Below are positions 15,442 through 23,552 of a DNA stretch of 49,592 nucleotides, one piece after another. How positions within the stretch are numbered: position 1 is the stretch's first letter; each line of letters starts with the position of its first letter. The notes beneath the pieces are model-generated. The model ran no database searches. It saw only the letters and a program-made list of their open reading frames with translations, and was not told the DNA's origin. Position numbers and translations under genes: made by a program. Source of the stretch: an uncultured Treponemataceae bacterium (GTDB lineage Bacteria; Spirochaetota; Spirochaetia; Treponematales; Rectinemataceae); contig CAYPHO010000001.1 in the NCBI GenBank assembly GCA_964410245.1, positions 1 through 49,592 on the forward strand, given 5' to 3'.

Positions 15442-17496
15442 ATGCCGAGATTGGCAAGAACTCGCGCGATCGCTCAGGCCGCGCTGGGGGCGATGCTCCT
15501 CGCCTCGGCCCTGACGCCCGCCTGGACCCAAGCTTCTCCCAAGGATGCCGAGCTACCGATCACGAAAGTCGCGCTCTTCTCGTCGGGCGTCGGCTATTTC
15601 GAGCATAACGGCAAGGTATCGGGCGACTCCCTCGTCCGCCTGAGCTTCCGCGCCGAGGAAGTGAACGATGCGCTGAAATCCCTGATAGTCCGAGACGGGA
15701 CGGGAGCCTCCGCGGGCTCGCCGACTATCAGCTACCCCTCGCAGGAAAGCCTCGATCGGACCCTATCCGGACTCCTGATCGACCTTACGGGGGCTCCCGA
15801 CGTCGCGAGCATGCTCGGCCGGCTTCGAGGCGCGGAAGTCTCGATCGATACGCCGCAGACGGTAACGGGGCGCATCGTCTCGATCGAGTACCGCCCCTCG
15901 GAGAAGCCCGATATCTCGCTTCCCTACCTATCCCTCCTCGGCTCCTCCGGGCTTCGGTCGATCGCCCTTAGCGAGATCGTCGCCCTGCGCTTCACGGACA
16001 AGCGCATCTCCGATGACTTCGAGCGCGCCCTGACCCTGATCCTCGAGGCCCGAGACCAAAAGATGCGCAACCTCGACATCCGCCTGCCCGGCGCGGGGAC
16101 GCGCTCCGCGTCCATCGGATACGTCGTCGAGTCCCCGGTATGGAAAGCCTCCTACCGGCTCGACCTGACGGCGGCCAAGCCCCTTCTCCAGGGCTGGGCT
16201 ATCGTCGACAACCCGACGGACCGGGACTGGGAGGGCGTCGCCCTCTCGCTCGTCTCGGGAAGGCCCGTATCCTTCATCCAGGATCTCTACGCGCCCCTGC
16301 GGCTCGCGCGGCCGACCCTGCCCTTGGCCATCGCGGGGACGGCCTCGGCGCGGAGCTTCGAATCGGGATTCGGCCTCGCGACGGACTCGCTGTTGTCCTT
16401 CGACGCGCCGAAGGCGAAGAGGGCCGAGGATTCGCGGGTCAGGTCGGCGCTCGCCGCGCCCGCGCCCGCCTACTCGCTCTCCGAGTCGGCCGCAGGGCCG
16501 TTGCCCCTGGGCCAGGCCGCCCTCGAGACGACCCAGGCCCGCAGCGCCGGGGACCAGTTCGAGTTTACCGTCAAGAAGCCGGTCAGCCTGGAGCGCCGCA
16601 AGAGCGCCATGCTTCCCCTGGTCGCCGGAGAGATCGCGGCAGAGAAGGTCTCGGTCTACGATCCGAACCAAGACGCCCTACGGCCCATGCTCGGCGCCTG
16701 GCTCCGGAACTCCATGGGCATGAAGCTCCCGGCCGGGCCGATCACCGTCTTCGACGGCGGAGTCTACGCGGGCGACGCCCTCCTCGACTTCCTTTCCGAG
16801 AAGGACAAGCGGCTCATAGTCTTCGGCGAGGACCTCGGCGTCAGCGTCGACTCGTCGCTGTCCTCGACCGAGGAGACGACCGCGGTGGCGATCGCGAAGG
16901 GCGTCATGACTTTCTCGCGCAGGACCACCTTCGCGAAGACCTATACGTTCAAGAACTCCACCGGCGCCGCGAAGAAAATCGTCATCGAGCATCCGATCAT
17001 CGCCGGGGCCGAGCTCTTCGAGCCGAAGGCCTTCGAGGAGAAGACATCCTCGGCCTATCGCTTTAGCCTGGCCCTGCCCGCGGCCGGGGAGGCGAAGCTG
17101 ACGGTCAAGGAACGGATGCCCCGATACGACCGCGTCGTCCTAGGCTCGCTCTCGCAGGACGCCTTCCTGTCCTACTCGAGCTCGAAGGACATTCCCGGGT
17201 CGATACGGGACGCGCTTAAGAAGGCTATCGACCTGAAGGGCAAGGTCGAGGACGCGAAGCGCTCGCTGGCGGAGCTCCAGGCCAAGCGCCAGGAACTGAC
17301 ATCCGACCAGTCGCGCTATCGCGACAACCTCGGCTCGGTCGGCCGCGATTCCAGCCAGGGCCAGCAGTACCTGAAGCGGCTCGTCGATGCCGAGAACGCG
17401 ATCGAGCAGCTCGACGGCAAGATCGGCGAGGCCAAGAAGGCGCAGATCGAGGCTCAGAAGAGTTACGAGGCCTATATCGCGAATCTGAGCTTGTAG
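15442..17496 (+). CDS. Secreted DUF4139-type protein (MuiA-like) with a C-terminal coiled coil
   Basis: A 684-aa ORF with AGGAGG upstream and a signal peptide. The N-terminal VALFSSGVGYFEH..., the central WKASYRLDL, and VSGRPVSF are as I recall for DUF4140/DUF4139 proteins. The C-terminal heptad-like region is KGKVEDAKRSLAELQAKRQEL. It ends in a tandem TAG TAG stop. Confidence 0.65.
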   Translation: MPRLARTRAIAQAALGAMLLASALTPAWTQASPKDAELPITKVALFSSGVGYFEHNGKVSGDSLVRLSFRAEEVNDALKSLIVRDGTGASAGSPTISYPSQESLDRTLSGLLIDLTGAPDVASMLGRLRGAEVSIDTPQTVTGRIVSIEYRPSEKPDISLPYLSLLGSSGLRSIALSEIVALRFTDKRISDDFERALTLILEARDQKMRNLDIRLPGAGTRSASIGYVVESPVWKASYRLDLTAAKPLLQGWAIVDNPTDRDWEGVALSLVSGRPVSFIQDLYAPLRLARPTLPLAIAGTASARSFESGFGLATDSLLSFDAPKAKRAEDSRVRSALAAPAPAYSLSESAAGPLPLGQAALETTQARSAGDQFEFTVKKPVSLERRKSAMLPLVAGEIAAEKVSVYDPNQDALRPMLGAWLRNSMGMKLPAGPITVFDGGVYAGDALLDFLSEKDKRLIVFGEDLGVSVDSSLSSTEETTAVAIAKGVMTFSRRTTFAKTYTFKNSTGAAKKIVIEHPIIAGAELFEPKAFEEKTSSAYRFSLALPAAGEAKLTVKERMPRYDRVVLGSLSQDAFLSYSSSKDIPGSIRDALKKAIDLKGKVEDAKRSLAELQAKRQELTSDQSRYRDNLGSVGRDSSQGQQYLKRLVDAENAIEQLDGKIGEAKKAQIEAQKSYEAYIANLSL

Positions 17497-17520
17497 TAGA
17501 AGGAAGGATATTGAAAGGAA

Positions 17521-17544
17521 GCCGACCGAGAGCTCTCGGCCGGC
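17521..17544. terminator. Bidirectional hairpin between convergent DUF4139 and slyX genes
   Basis: GCCGACCGAGAG/CTCTCGGCCGGC (one mismatch) is flanked by TTTCATCTTTC on the plus strand and TTCCTTTCAA on the minus strand. Confidence 0.5.
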
Positions 17545-17556
17545 TTTCATCTTTCA

Positions 17557-17592
17557 AACGTTTGGATTTTTCCTAACGTTTGGTATTTTTCT
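17557..17592. repeat. 18-bp AT-rich tandem duplication
   Basis: AACGTTTGGATTTTTCCT (17557-17574) is followed by AACGTTTGGTATTTTTCT (17575-17592). The first copy is embedded in the 10-bp palindrome CAAACGTTTG. It lies downstream of the slyX stop. Confidence 0.6.
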
Positions 17593-17601
17593 AATGTTCG
17601 C

Positions 17602-17823
17602 TCAATAATGCGGCGGCCTCTCTCCCTGCGGCAAAGGCCCCTGCCCTTCTCCTGCCAACTCCTTAACCTTATCCCTCAGCAGTTTAACGACCGCCTCCAA
17701 TGACTCGATGCGCGCAGTCTGCTCGACGATGACCGCATTAAGGTCGATCAAGGCCGCCTCGTGGAAACTGTGCTTCGTCTCCAGGTCGACAAGACGCTTA
17801 TCAATATCGCGATCTTCGATCAT
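17602..17823 (-). CDS. slyX: SlyX family protein
   Basis: A 73-aa coiled-coil protein, LETKHSFHEAALIDLNAVIVEQ...LRDKVKEL, ending in the SlyX-typical ...ERPPHY. Confidence 0.75.
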   Translation of the reverse strand: MIEDRDIDKRLVDLETKHSFHEAALIDLNAVIVEQTARIESLEAVVKLLRDKVKELAGEGQGPLPQGERPPHY

Positions 17824-18010
17824 CTCTTTCTCTCCTCGCCCTCATGGCCCTACGGCGACAGCGGTCATTGTAACCCTATTCACCCTGCTTGCCTTGCTCT
17901 CCTCGAGAGCGCCAGCTTCTCCGCCGCGATCGGACCTTCCCCGTTTTCGCGAAGGGCCTGGCCGAGGATATCGTCGTCGAGCTCGCCTATCGCCGAGCCG
18001 GCATCGGAGC

Positions 18011-18048
18011 GGGAAAAGGAGAGGGGCCGCGCTAAGGCGGCCCCTCTC
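18011..18048 (-). terminator. Probable rho-independent terminator of the 5'-nucleotidase gene
   Basis: A perfect 12-bp stem GAGAGGGGCCGC/GCGGCCCCTCTC (18019-18030 / 18037-18048) with a 6-nt loop. On the minus strand it is followed by CTTTTCCC, a weak U-tract. Confidence 0.5.
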
Positions 18049-18071
18049 GGCATCGACTCGAAGAGCGCGCC

Positions 18072-19637
18072 TTATTTCATCTCGATATTGTCCGCGGTCA
18101 CGGTGCCCAGCTTCTGGATGTAGGCCATCGTGATCTCTGCGTCGCTCTGGAATTCGTTGTAGGCCTTGCCCTTGAACATCGTGTACTCGTCGCCGCCGTT
18201 GAACTCGAAGTTGAGCAGGGCTAGCACGTATTCCTTGCCGTCGACGATCGGCGCGCCGCCGATCTTGATGTCCGAGACCCGCTGCCCCGCCGGGGCGGCC
18301 GCGTCTAGGGCGTAGGTCAGGTTGGCCCAGTGCGGGAATCGGCCGTCGGCGGCCGGCAGCTTGCCGACGCCGTGCTCGACGATCGCGTCGAGCTCCGATC
18401 CCTTGACCTTCGTGGTCCAGACGAGATTGCCGAAGGGCTGAACCGTGAAGATCTGCTTCTTCGTGATATCGCCGACGGGGATCGAGTCGCGGATGCCGCC
18501 GCCGTTTATGAAGGCGATATCGGCGCCGGTCGCGCTGCGCATTCCGTTGGCGATGAGCTTCCCGAGATTCGACTCGGAGGTCCTGACGATCTCGCGCTTG
18601 CCCTCGAGGGCCACCGCGGTGGCGCCTACCTTGACGGACAGGATCGCGTCCTGCTCCTTGGTTATCCCGTCCAGCATGCCCTTCACCCTGGGGTCGGGCG
18701 CGAGATCGGGCTCGCTCGCCACGGTAATCGTCCGCGCGGACCTCTTCGCGATCTTGCGATCGGTCCCGACCTCGATCTCGACTACGCCGAGGCCGGTGCC
18801 GTAGGAGCCGGCGCTCGCGATGAGGGCGCCGGTCTTATTGACGAGCTCGATGTCGGCGAGGCTCGAGTGGCTGTGCCCGTCGATCACGACGTCGATCTGG
18901 GGCACGGCCTCGGCGACCTTCACGCTGGTCGGATCGCTCGACGCGTCGATGCCGAGATGCGCGACCGCGATCAGGAGGTCGTACTCCCCGGCCAGTTCCG
19001 CGACGACCTTCTTGGCCTCCGCGATCGGATCCGCGAAGGTCAGGCCCTGGGTATTCTTGGGATCGCTCTTGAACAGCGTCTCTGGAGTCGCCAATCCGAA
19101 GATCGCGACGCGGAGGCCGTCGTAATCCCCGATATAGTAGGGCGTGAACAGCCTCTCGCCGCCCTTATAGACATTCGCGGCGAGGATCGTGAACGAGGCC
19201 TGCTTATTGAGCTCGAGGAGGCGCTCCTGCCCGTAGTTGAAGTCGTGGTTGCCCGGCGTCATGAAGTCGTAGCCGACGGCGTTCATCAGCCTGACGATGC
19301 TCGCTCCCGTCTCGACGTTCGCGATGGGAAGCCCGTGGAAGGCGTCGCCGGCGTCGATGACGATCGTGTTCGGGTTCTCGGCCCGGGTTCGCCCGACGAC
19401 GGTCGCGATCCTGGCGTAGCCGAGCTCGGCCTTGCCCTCGACCGCGCGCGCGTGGACGTCGTTGGTATGCAGGATGACGAGCGATACCGGCTTAGCCAGC
19501 GGCGGCGGACCGGCCTGGACCGCCGGAGCTGCGGCGGCCGCGGACGGCCCAGACGCGACGGGCGCCGAGCCCGCGCAGCCGACGACGGCCAGCGCGAGCG
19601 CGATGAGCATCGCGAGCGAGAGAATACGTTTCATCAT
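18072..19637 (-). CDS. Bifunctional metallophosphatase/5'-nucleotidase lipoprotein (UshA-like)
   Basis: A 521-aa ORF with lipobox LAVVGC. Calcineurin-like motifs are HTNDVH, DAGD, GNHDF and GHSH, followed by a C-terminal 5'-nucleotidase domain. Confidence 0.85.
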   Translation of the reverse strand: MMKRILSLAMLIALALAVVGCAGSAPVASGPSAAAAAPAVQAGPPPLAKPVSLVILHTNDVHARAVEGKAELGYARIATVVGRTRAENPNTIVIDAGDAFHGLPIANVETGASIVRLMNAVGYDFMTPGNHDFNYGQERLLELNKQASFTILAANVYKGGERLFTPYYIGDYDGLRVAIFGLATPETLFKSDPKNTQGLTFADPIAEAKKVVAELAGEYDLLIAVAHLGIDASSDPTSVKVAEAVPQIDVVIDGHSHSSLADIELVNKTGALIASAGSYGTGLGVVEIEVGTDRKIAKRSARTITVASEPDLAPDPRVKGMLDGITKEQDAILSVKVGATAVALEGKREIVRTSESNLGKLIANGMRSATGADIAFINGGGIRDSIPVGDITKKQIFTVQPFGNLVWTTKVKGSELDAIVEHGVGKLPAADGRFPHWANLTYALDAAAPAGQRVSDIKIGGAPIVDGKEYVLALLNFEFNGGDEYTMFKGKAYNEFQSDAEITMAYIQKLGTVTADNIEMK

Positions 19638-19768
19638 GTGCCCCCTTTATGGAATGCCTACGGAATCCCGAGCGTCATATCCGGCCCAGGACCGGACGCG
19701 CCACGTCGGCAAGACAATCCTAGTTCGCATCCGATAGGGGAACAAGCGAAAGCGAATGCTGAATTCCC

Positions 19769-19796
19769 TTGCTAAACCGGTTTAGACGAGTATAAT
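19769..19796 (+). promoter_or_regulatory. Near-consensus sigma70-type promoter placing the transcription start at or next to the malQ ATG (leaderless-type)
   Basis: TTGCTA (19769-19774), a 16-nt spacer, then TATAAT (19791-19796). The malQ ATG is at 19803, and there is no Shine-Dalgarno sequence in between. Confidence 0.4.
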
Positions 19797-19802
19797 CAAG
19801 CC

Positions 19803-21343
19803 ATGCAGCTTAGGCGAAGCTCGGGCGTACTCCTTCATCCGACATCTCTTCCCGGTCCCTACGGCATCGGCGACCTGGGACCGAGCGCCCGGCGCTTCAT
19901 CGACCTCCTCGTCCGATCCGGCCAGGGCATCTGGCAGGTGCTTCCGCTCGGCCCGACGGGCTACGGCGACTCGCCCTACGCGTCCTTTTCCTCCTTCGCG
20001 GGCAACGAGCTGCTCATCAGCCCGGACATCCTGGCCGAGGAGGGGCTTATCGAGGGCCGGGCGCTGCGGGAGGCCCCCCCCTTCCCCGATGACGGCGTCG
20101 ACTACGGCGCGGTCATTCCCTGGAAGCGTAAGCTCCTCATGGGCGCCGCCGATCGCTTCCTGCGGGAGGCTCCTCCCTCGCGCCGGGCCGAGCTCGAGGC
20201 CTTCAAGGATGCCGAGCGCGCGTGGCTCCAGGACTACGCCCTCTTCAGGGCCATAAAGGACGAGTACGACGCGAAGGCCCAGGCCGAGCATCGGAGCGGC
20301 GCGCTCTGGAACAACTATTGGCCCGAGCCGCTCGCCCTGCGCGACGGGACCGCGATCGCCGCCGAGCGCGGCCGCAGGGCGCCCCAGATCGCCCGCTACG
20401 AGGCCCTTCAGTTCTTCTTCTCGGAACAGTGGCGCGCGCTCAAGGAATCGGCGAACGAGGCCGGCCTTCTTGTCGTCGGGGACCTCCCTATATTCGCGGC
20501 GGAGGATTCCGCCGACGTCTGGACCCGCCGAGAGCTCTTCCTCCTCGACGGCCGGGGCCGCCCCCTCGAGGTCGCGGGCGTGCCGCCGGACTATTTCAGC
20601 GAGGACGGGCAGCTCTGGGGCAATCCCCTCTACGACTGGAAGGCGCACGAGAAGGAGGGCTTCGCCTGGTGGGCTTCCCGCCTGCGCTCATCGCTCCGGC
20701 TCTACGACGCCCTGCGCATCGATCACTTCCGGCCGTGCCCTCCGGGGAGGCGACGGCGCGCAGCGGCGCCTGGCGCAAGGCTCCCGGCGCGAGGCTCTTC
20801 GCCCAGATGCGGCGCGAGCTCGGCAACGAGATCCCGATCATCGCCGAGGACCTCGGCTTCATCACCGACGAGGTCAAGGCGCTCCGCGACGGGCTGGGGC
20901 TGCCGGGCATGCGCATCCTGCAGTTCGCCTTCGACCTGGCCGAGTCGGGCGGCGCCTTCGATCCCCGCAATCCCTTCCTGCCGCACAACTACGCGGAGCG
21001 ATGCGTCGCTTATACCGGTACCCACGACAACGACACGCTGGCGGGCTGGCTGGCCCAGGCGAGCGCCGAGGAGCGCGCATGCATCGTCCGCTATCTCGGC
21101 TACGAGGGAGCGGACAGTCCCGAGTCCCTGGTCCGAGAGCTCCTTAAGTCGACCGCCGCCTGGGCTATCGTCCCGCTGCAGGACCTGCTCGGGCTGGGAA
21201 CCGAGGCTCGGATGAACCGGCCGTCGACCGTCGGGGGCAACTGGCGCTGGCGATTCCGCGAGGGAGTTCTGTCCGCCCAGCGGGCCGACGCCCTGAGGGA
21301 ATCGGCGATACTGTACGGCCGCTGCCCGGAATCCCCCGCCTAG
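19803..21343 (+). pseudogene. malQ: 4-alpha-glucanotransferase (amylomaltase) with a frame-disrupting internal deletion
   Basis: The frame of ORF 19803..21215 is MalQ-like up to ...LRIDHFR (ending at 20732). The rest continues in the frame of ORF 20222..21343 from AVPSGEATARSGAWRKAPG... to the C-terminus (IIAEDLG, LQFAF, YTGTHDNDT, NRPSTVGGNWRWR). The conserved GF..YW segment that follows RIDHFR in amylomaltases is absent. Confidence 0.8.
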
Positions 21344-21432
21344 GCTCTGCTTCTTCGATCTCTTATCAAAGGCGCTCGGCTCCGATACTATACTGACGCC
21401 TTCATGAAGCGATTCCCGCGAACGGAGCATCG

Positions 21433-23544
21433 ATGAAATTCCGCATAGTCGCCGCGGCCATGGCCGTCGCGTCCTCTGGCCTCTTCCTCCTCGCGGCCGC
21501 GAGCGGCGCTCCCGGCGCAGACGCGGCGGCCCCGGCCCGGAAGCCCGTCCTGGCCGGCTACGACGCCGGCCTCTATCGGATCGAGGACGAGCGGACGGCG
21601 ACTCCCCTGTGGACCGACGGGGAAGTGCGCAAGATCGTCAAGACGGGCGAGGGCTGGTTCCTCCTCACCTCGAAGGGAATCGTCTTCTCGAAGGACCTCG
21701 CGGTCTTCGAGGACCGCTCGGCGGGCCTGCCCGTCAAGACCTACAAGCGATACGACGGCTCGAAGGCCTCGTTCCTGACCGAGAGCCAGGATCTCAAGGA
21801 CCTCGAAGCCGATCCCGCCGACGGATCCGCCCTGGCGACCTGCACGAAGGACGAGGTCTTCGTCACGCGCGACGGCGGCAAGAGCTGGAAGTCCTACGGC
21901 TCGCCCTCGGATACGACCGGTATGAAGGCCGTCGCGCTGGCGAGCTACCCGGGAACGGCCGAGAGCGCGGTCTGGGCCTCTCATCCCATCAAGGGACTCT
22001 TCGCCCGCAGGCTGGCCTCGGGCGGCTGGGCGAGCGCGGGCGCGGGGCTCGCGACGATCGCCGGGACCACGAGCGCCGAGGAGGTCGCCGACCTCATCCC
22101 CGCTTCCGGCGGCGGGGCCTGGGCCTCGAACAGCTTCCTCCCCCGCATCTACCGGATGGACGCCTCCGCGAAGTCCTTCGCGACCGCGTGGAAGGGCGAG
22201 GGCGACTTCGGCTGCGTCGAGTCCCTCGAGCGCCTGCCCGACGGGTCGCTGCGCTTCGTGACCGACGGCTACGTCGGCCGCCTGGACCCGGCGACGGGCC
22301 TCGTCTCGCCCGACGGCGTCGCCAACCCGCTGGTGCGCGACGCGCGCGAGGCGAAGAAGGATCTCCAGCTCCTGTGCGCCTCCTGGGACGAGGACGGGCG
22401 CCAGGCCTCGGTCTCGGAGCTCTGGCTCGTCTCCTTCACGGACCGCAAGCCCTTCCGCGCCAGGGCCGAGGACCGGCACGGCCTCTATCTCGCGACCGGC
22501 TTCGTCGTCCATCAGGACACCAGGACGAAATACGACAAGGTAATGGAGGGCCGCCGCCTGGACACGGTGGTCATCGACATGAAGGACGACACGGGAAGGC
22601 TCCGCTACCGCCCGAACGATCCCCTCGTCGCCAAGATAGGGAAGGTGGCATCGCCCCTCGACGTCGAGGGCTTCGTCGCCGAGTGGAAGGCCAAGGGCCG
22701 CTACCTGGTCGCGCGCATCGTCGTGTTCAAGGACGAGGTCGTCTACGGCTACGGCGGCGGTATGTACGCCGTCTGGAACGCGAAGGCCGGGAAGCCCTGG
22801 CAGGGCTACTTCACCGTCAAGACGGAAGCGAAGGACGGGGCGCCCTCCAGCATGATGCTCGATTACATGGAAGAGTACTGGGTCGATCCCTACTGCGAGG
22901 AAGTCTGGGCCTACAACATCGCGATCGCGAACGAGATCGTCGCGCGCGGCTTCGACGAGGTGCAGTTCGACTACATCCGCTTCCCGACCGACGGGGAGAA
23001 CCTCGGCTCGGCCTCGTATCGCTGGAAGAGCCCCGGCATGGACAAGGAGAGCGCCCTCGCCTCCTTCATGCGCTACGCCCGGGAGAACATAGCGGCGCCG
23101 ATCAGCATCGACATCTACGGGGCGAACGGCTGGTACCGCTCGGGCGTACGGACGGGGCAGGACGTCGAGCTCCTCTCGAAGTACGTGGACGTGATCTGCC
23201 CGATGCTCTATCCCTCGCACTTCGAGCAGGGCTTCCTGGCCCAGGACCCCGCGAGGATGCGCCCCTACCGGATCTACCGCATCGGGTCGCTGCGCAATAC
23301 CTATATCGCGCGGAAGAAGATCGTGGTCAGGCCCTTCGTGCAGGCCTTCTTCCTCAACGTCAGCTACGACCGCGCGTATTACGACCTGGACTACGTGAAG
23401 CGGGAGGTCGAGGGCGTACGCGACTCGATCAACCTGGGCATGACCTTCTGGAACAACTCGGGCCGCTACGACGACGTGCCGGTGCTGGATATCGCGCCCG
23501 ACGGGAAGCTCGCGTCGAAGGCGCCGCCGGGCGTCGCGAACTAG
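21433..23544 (+). CDS. Secreted protein: N-terminal beta-propeller/BNR-like region plus C-terminal putative glycoside hydrolase TIM barrel (GHL/DUF4015-like)
   Basis: A 703-aa ORF with a signal peptide and a BNR-like TRDGGKSW. The C-terminal half (VVIDMKDD.G...FDEVQFDYIRFP...IDIYG...CPMLYPSHF) matches my memory of the DUF4015 putative glycosyl hydrolase domain. Confidence 0.6.
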   Translation: MKFRIVAAAMAVASSGLFLLAAASGAPGADAAAPARKPVLAGYDAGLYRIEDERTATPLWTDGEVRKIVKTGEGWFLLTSKGIVFSKDLAVFEDRSAGLPVKTYKRYDGSKASFLTESQDLKDLEADPADGSALATCTKDEVFVTRDGGKSWKSYGSPSDTTGMKAVALASYPGTAESAVWASHPIKGLFARRLASGGWASAGAGLATIAGTTSAEEVADLIPASGGGAWASNSFLPRIYRMDASAKSFATAWKGEGDFGCVESLERLPDGSLRFVTDGYVGRLDPATGLVSPDGVANPLVRDAREAKKDLQLLCASWDEDGRQASVSELWLVSFTDRKPFRARAEDRHGLYLATGFVVHQDTRTKYDKVMEGRRLDTVVIDMKDDTGRLRYRPNDPLVAKIGKVASPLDVEGFVAEWKAKGRYLVARIVVFKDEVVYGYGGGMYAVWNAKAGKPWQGYFTVKTEAKDGAPSSMMLDYMEEYWVDPYCEEVWAYNIAIANEIVARGFDEVQFDYIRFPTDGENLGSASYRWKSPGMDKESALASFMRYARENIAAPISIDIYGANGWYRSGVRTGQDVELLSKYVDVICPMLYPSHFEQGFLAQDPARMRPYRIYRIGSLRNTYIARKKIVVRPFVQAFFLNVSYDRAYYDLDYVKREVEGVRDSINLGMTFWNNSGRYDDVPVLDIAPDGKLASKAPPGVAN

Positions 23545-23552
23545 GAGGGCTT

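Noticed and set aside
17824-18010. A protein-like minus-strand reading (…DAGSAIGELDDDILGQALRENGEGPIAAEKLALSRRARQAG*) between the 5'-nucleotidase terminator and slyX
   Set aside because: There is no ATG, GTG or TTG start in frame after the terminator hairpin. It is only ~40 codons long and has no recognisable family, so I treat it as non-coding slyX upstream sequence.
21609-23552. N-terminal extensions offered by the ORF track: 21609..23552 of the 1,048-aa ORF, 27835..29166 of the 697-aa ORF, 12228..12944 of the 440-aa ORF, 9253..9471 of the 499-aa ORF, and 1247..1348 of the kduI ORF
   Set aside because: The extensions are Arg/Pro-rich and overlap upstream genes in another frame. They are followed by an internal start with a proper Shine-Dalgarno site and a sensible N-terminus (signal peptide, TM segment or conserved domain start).
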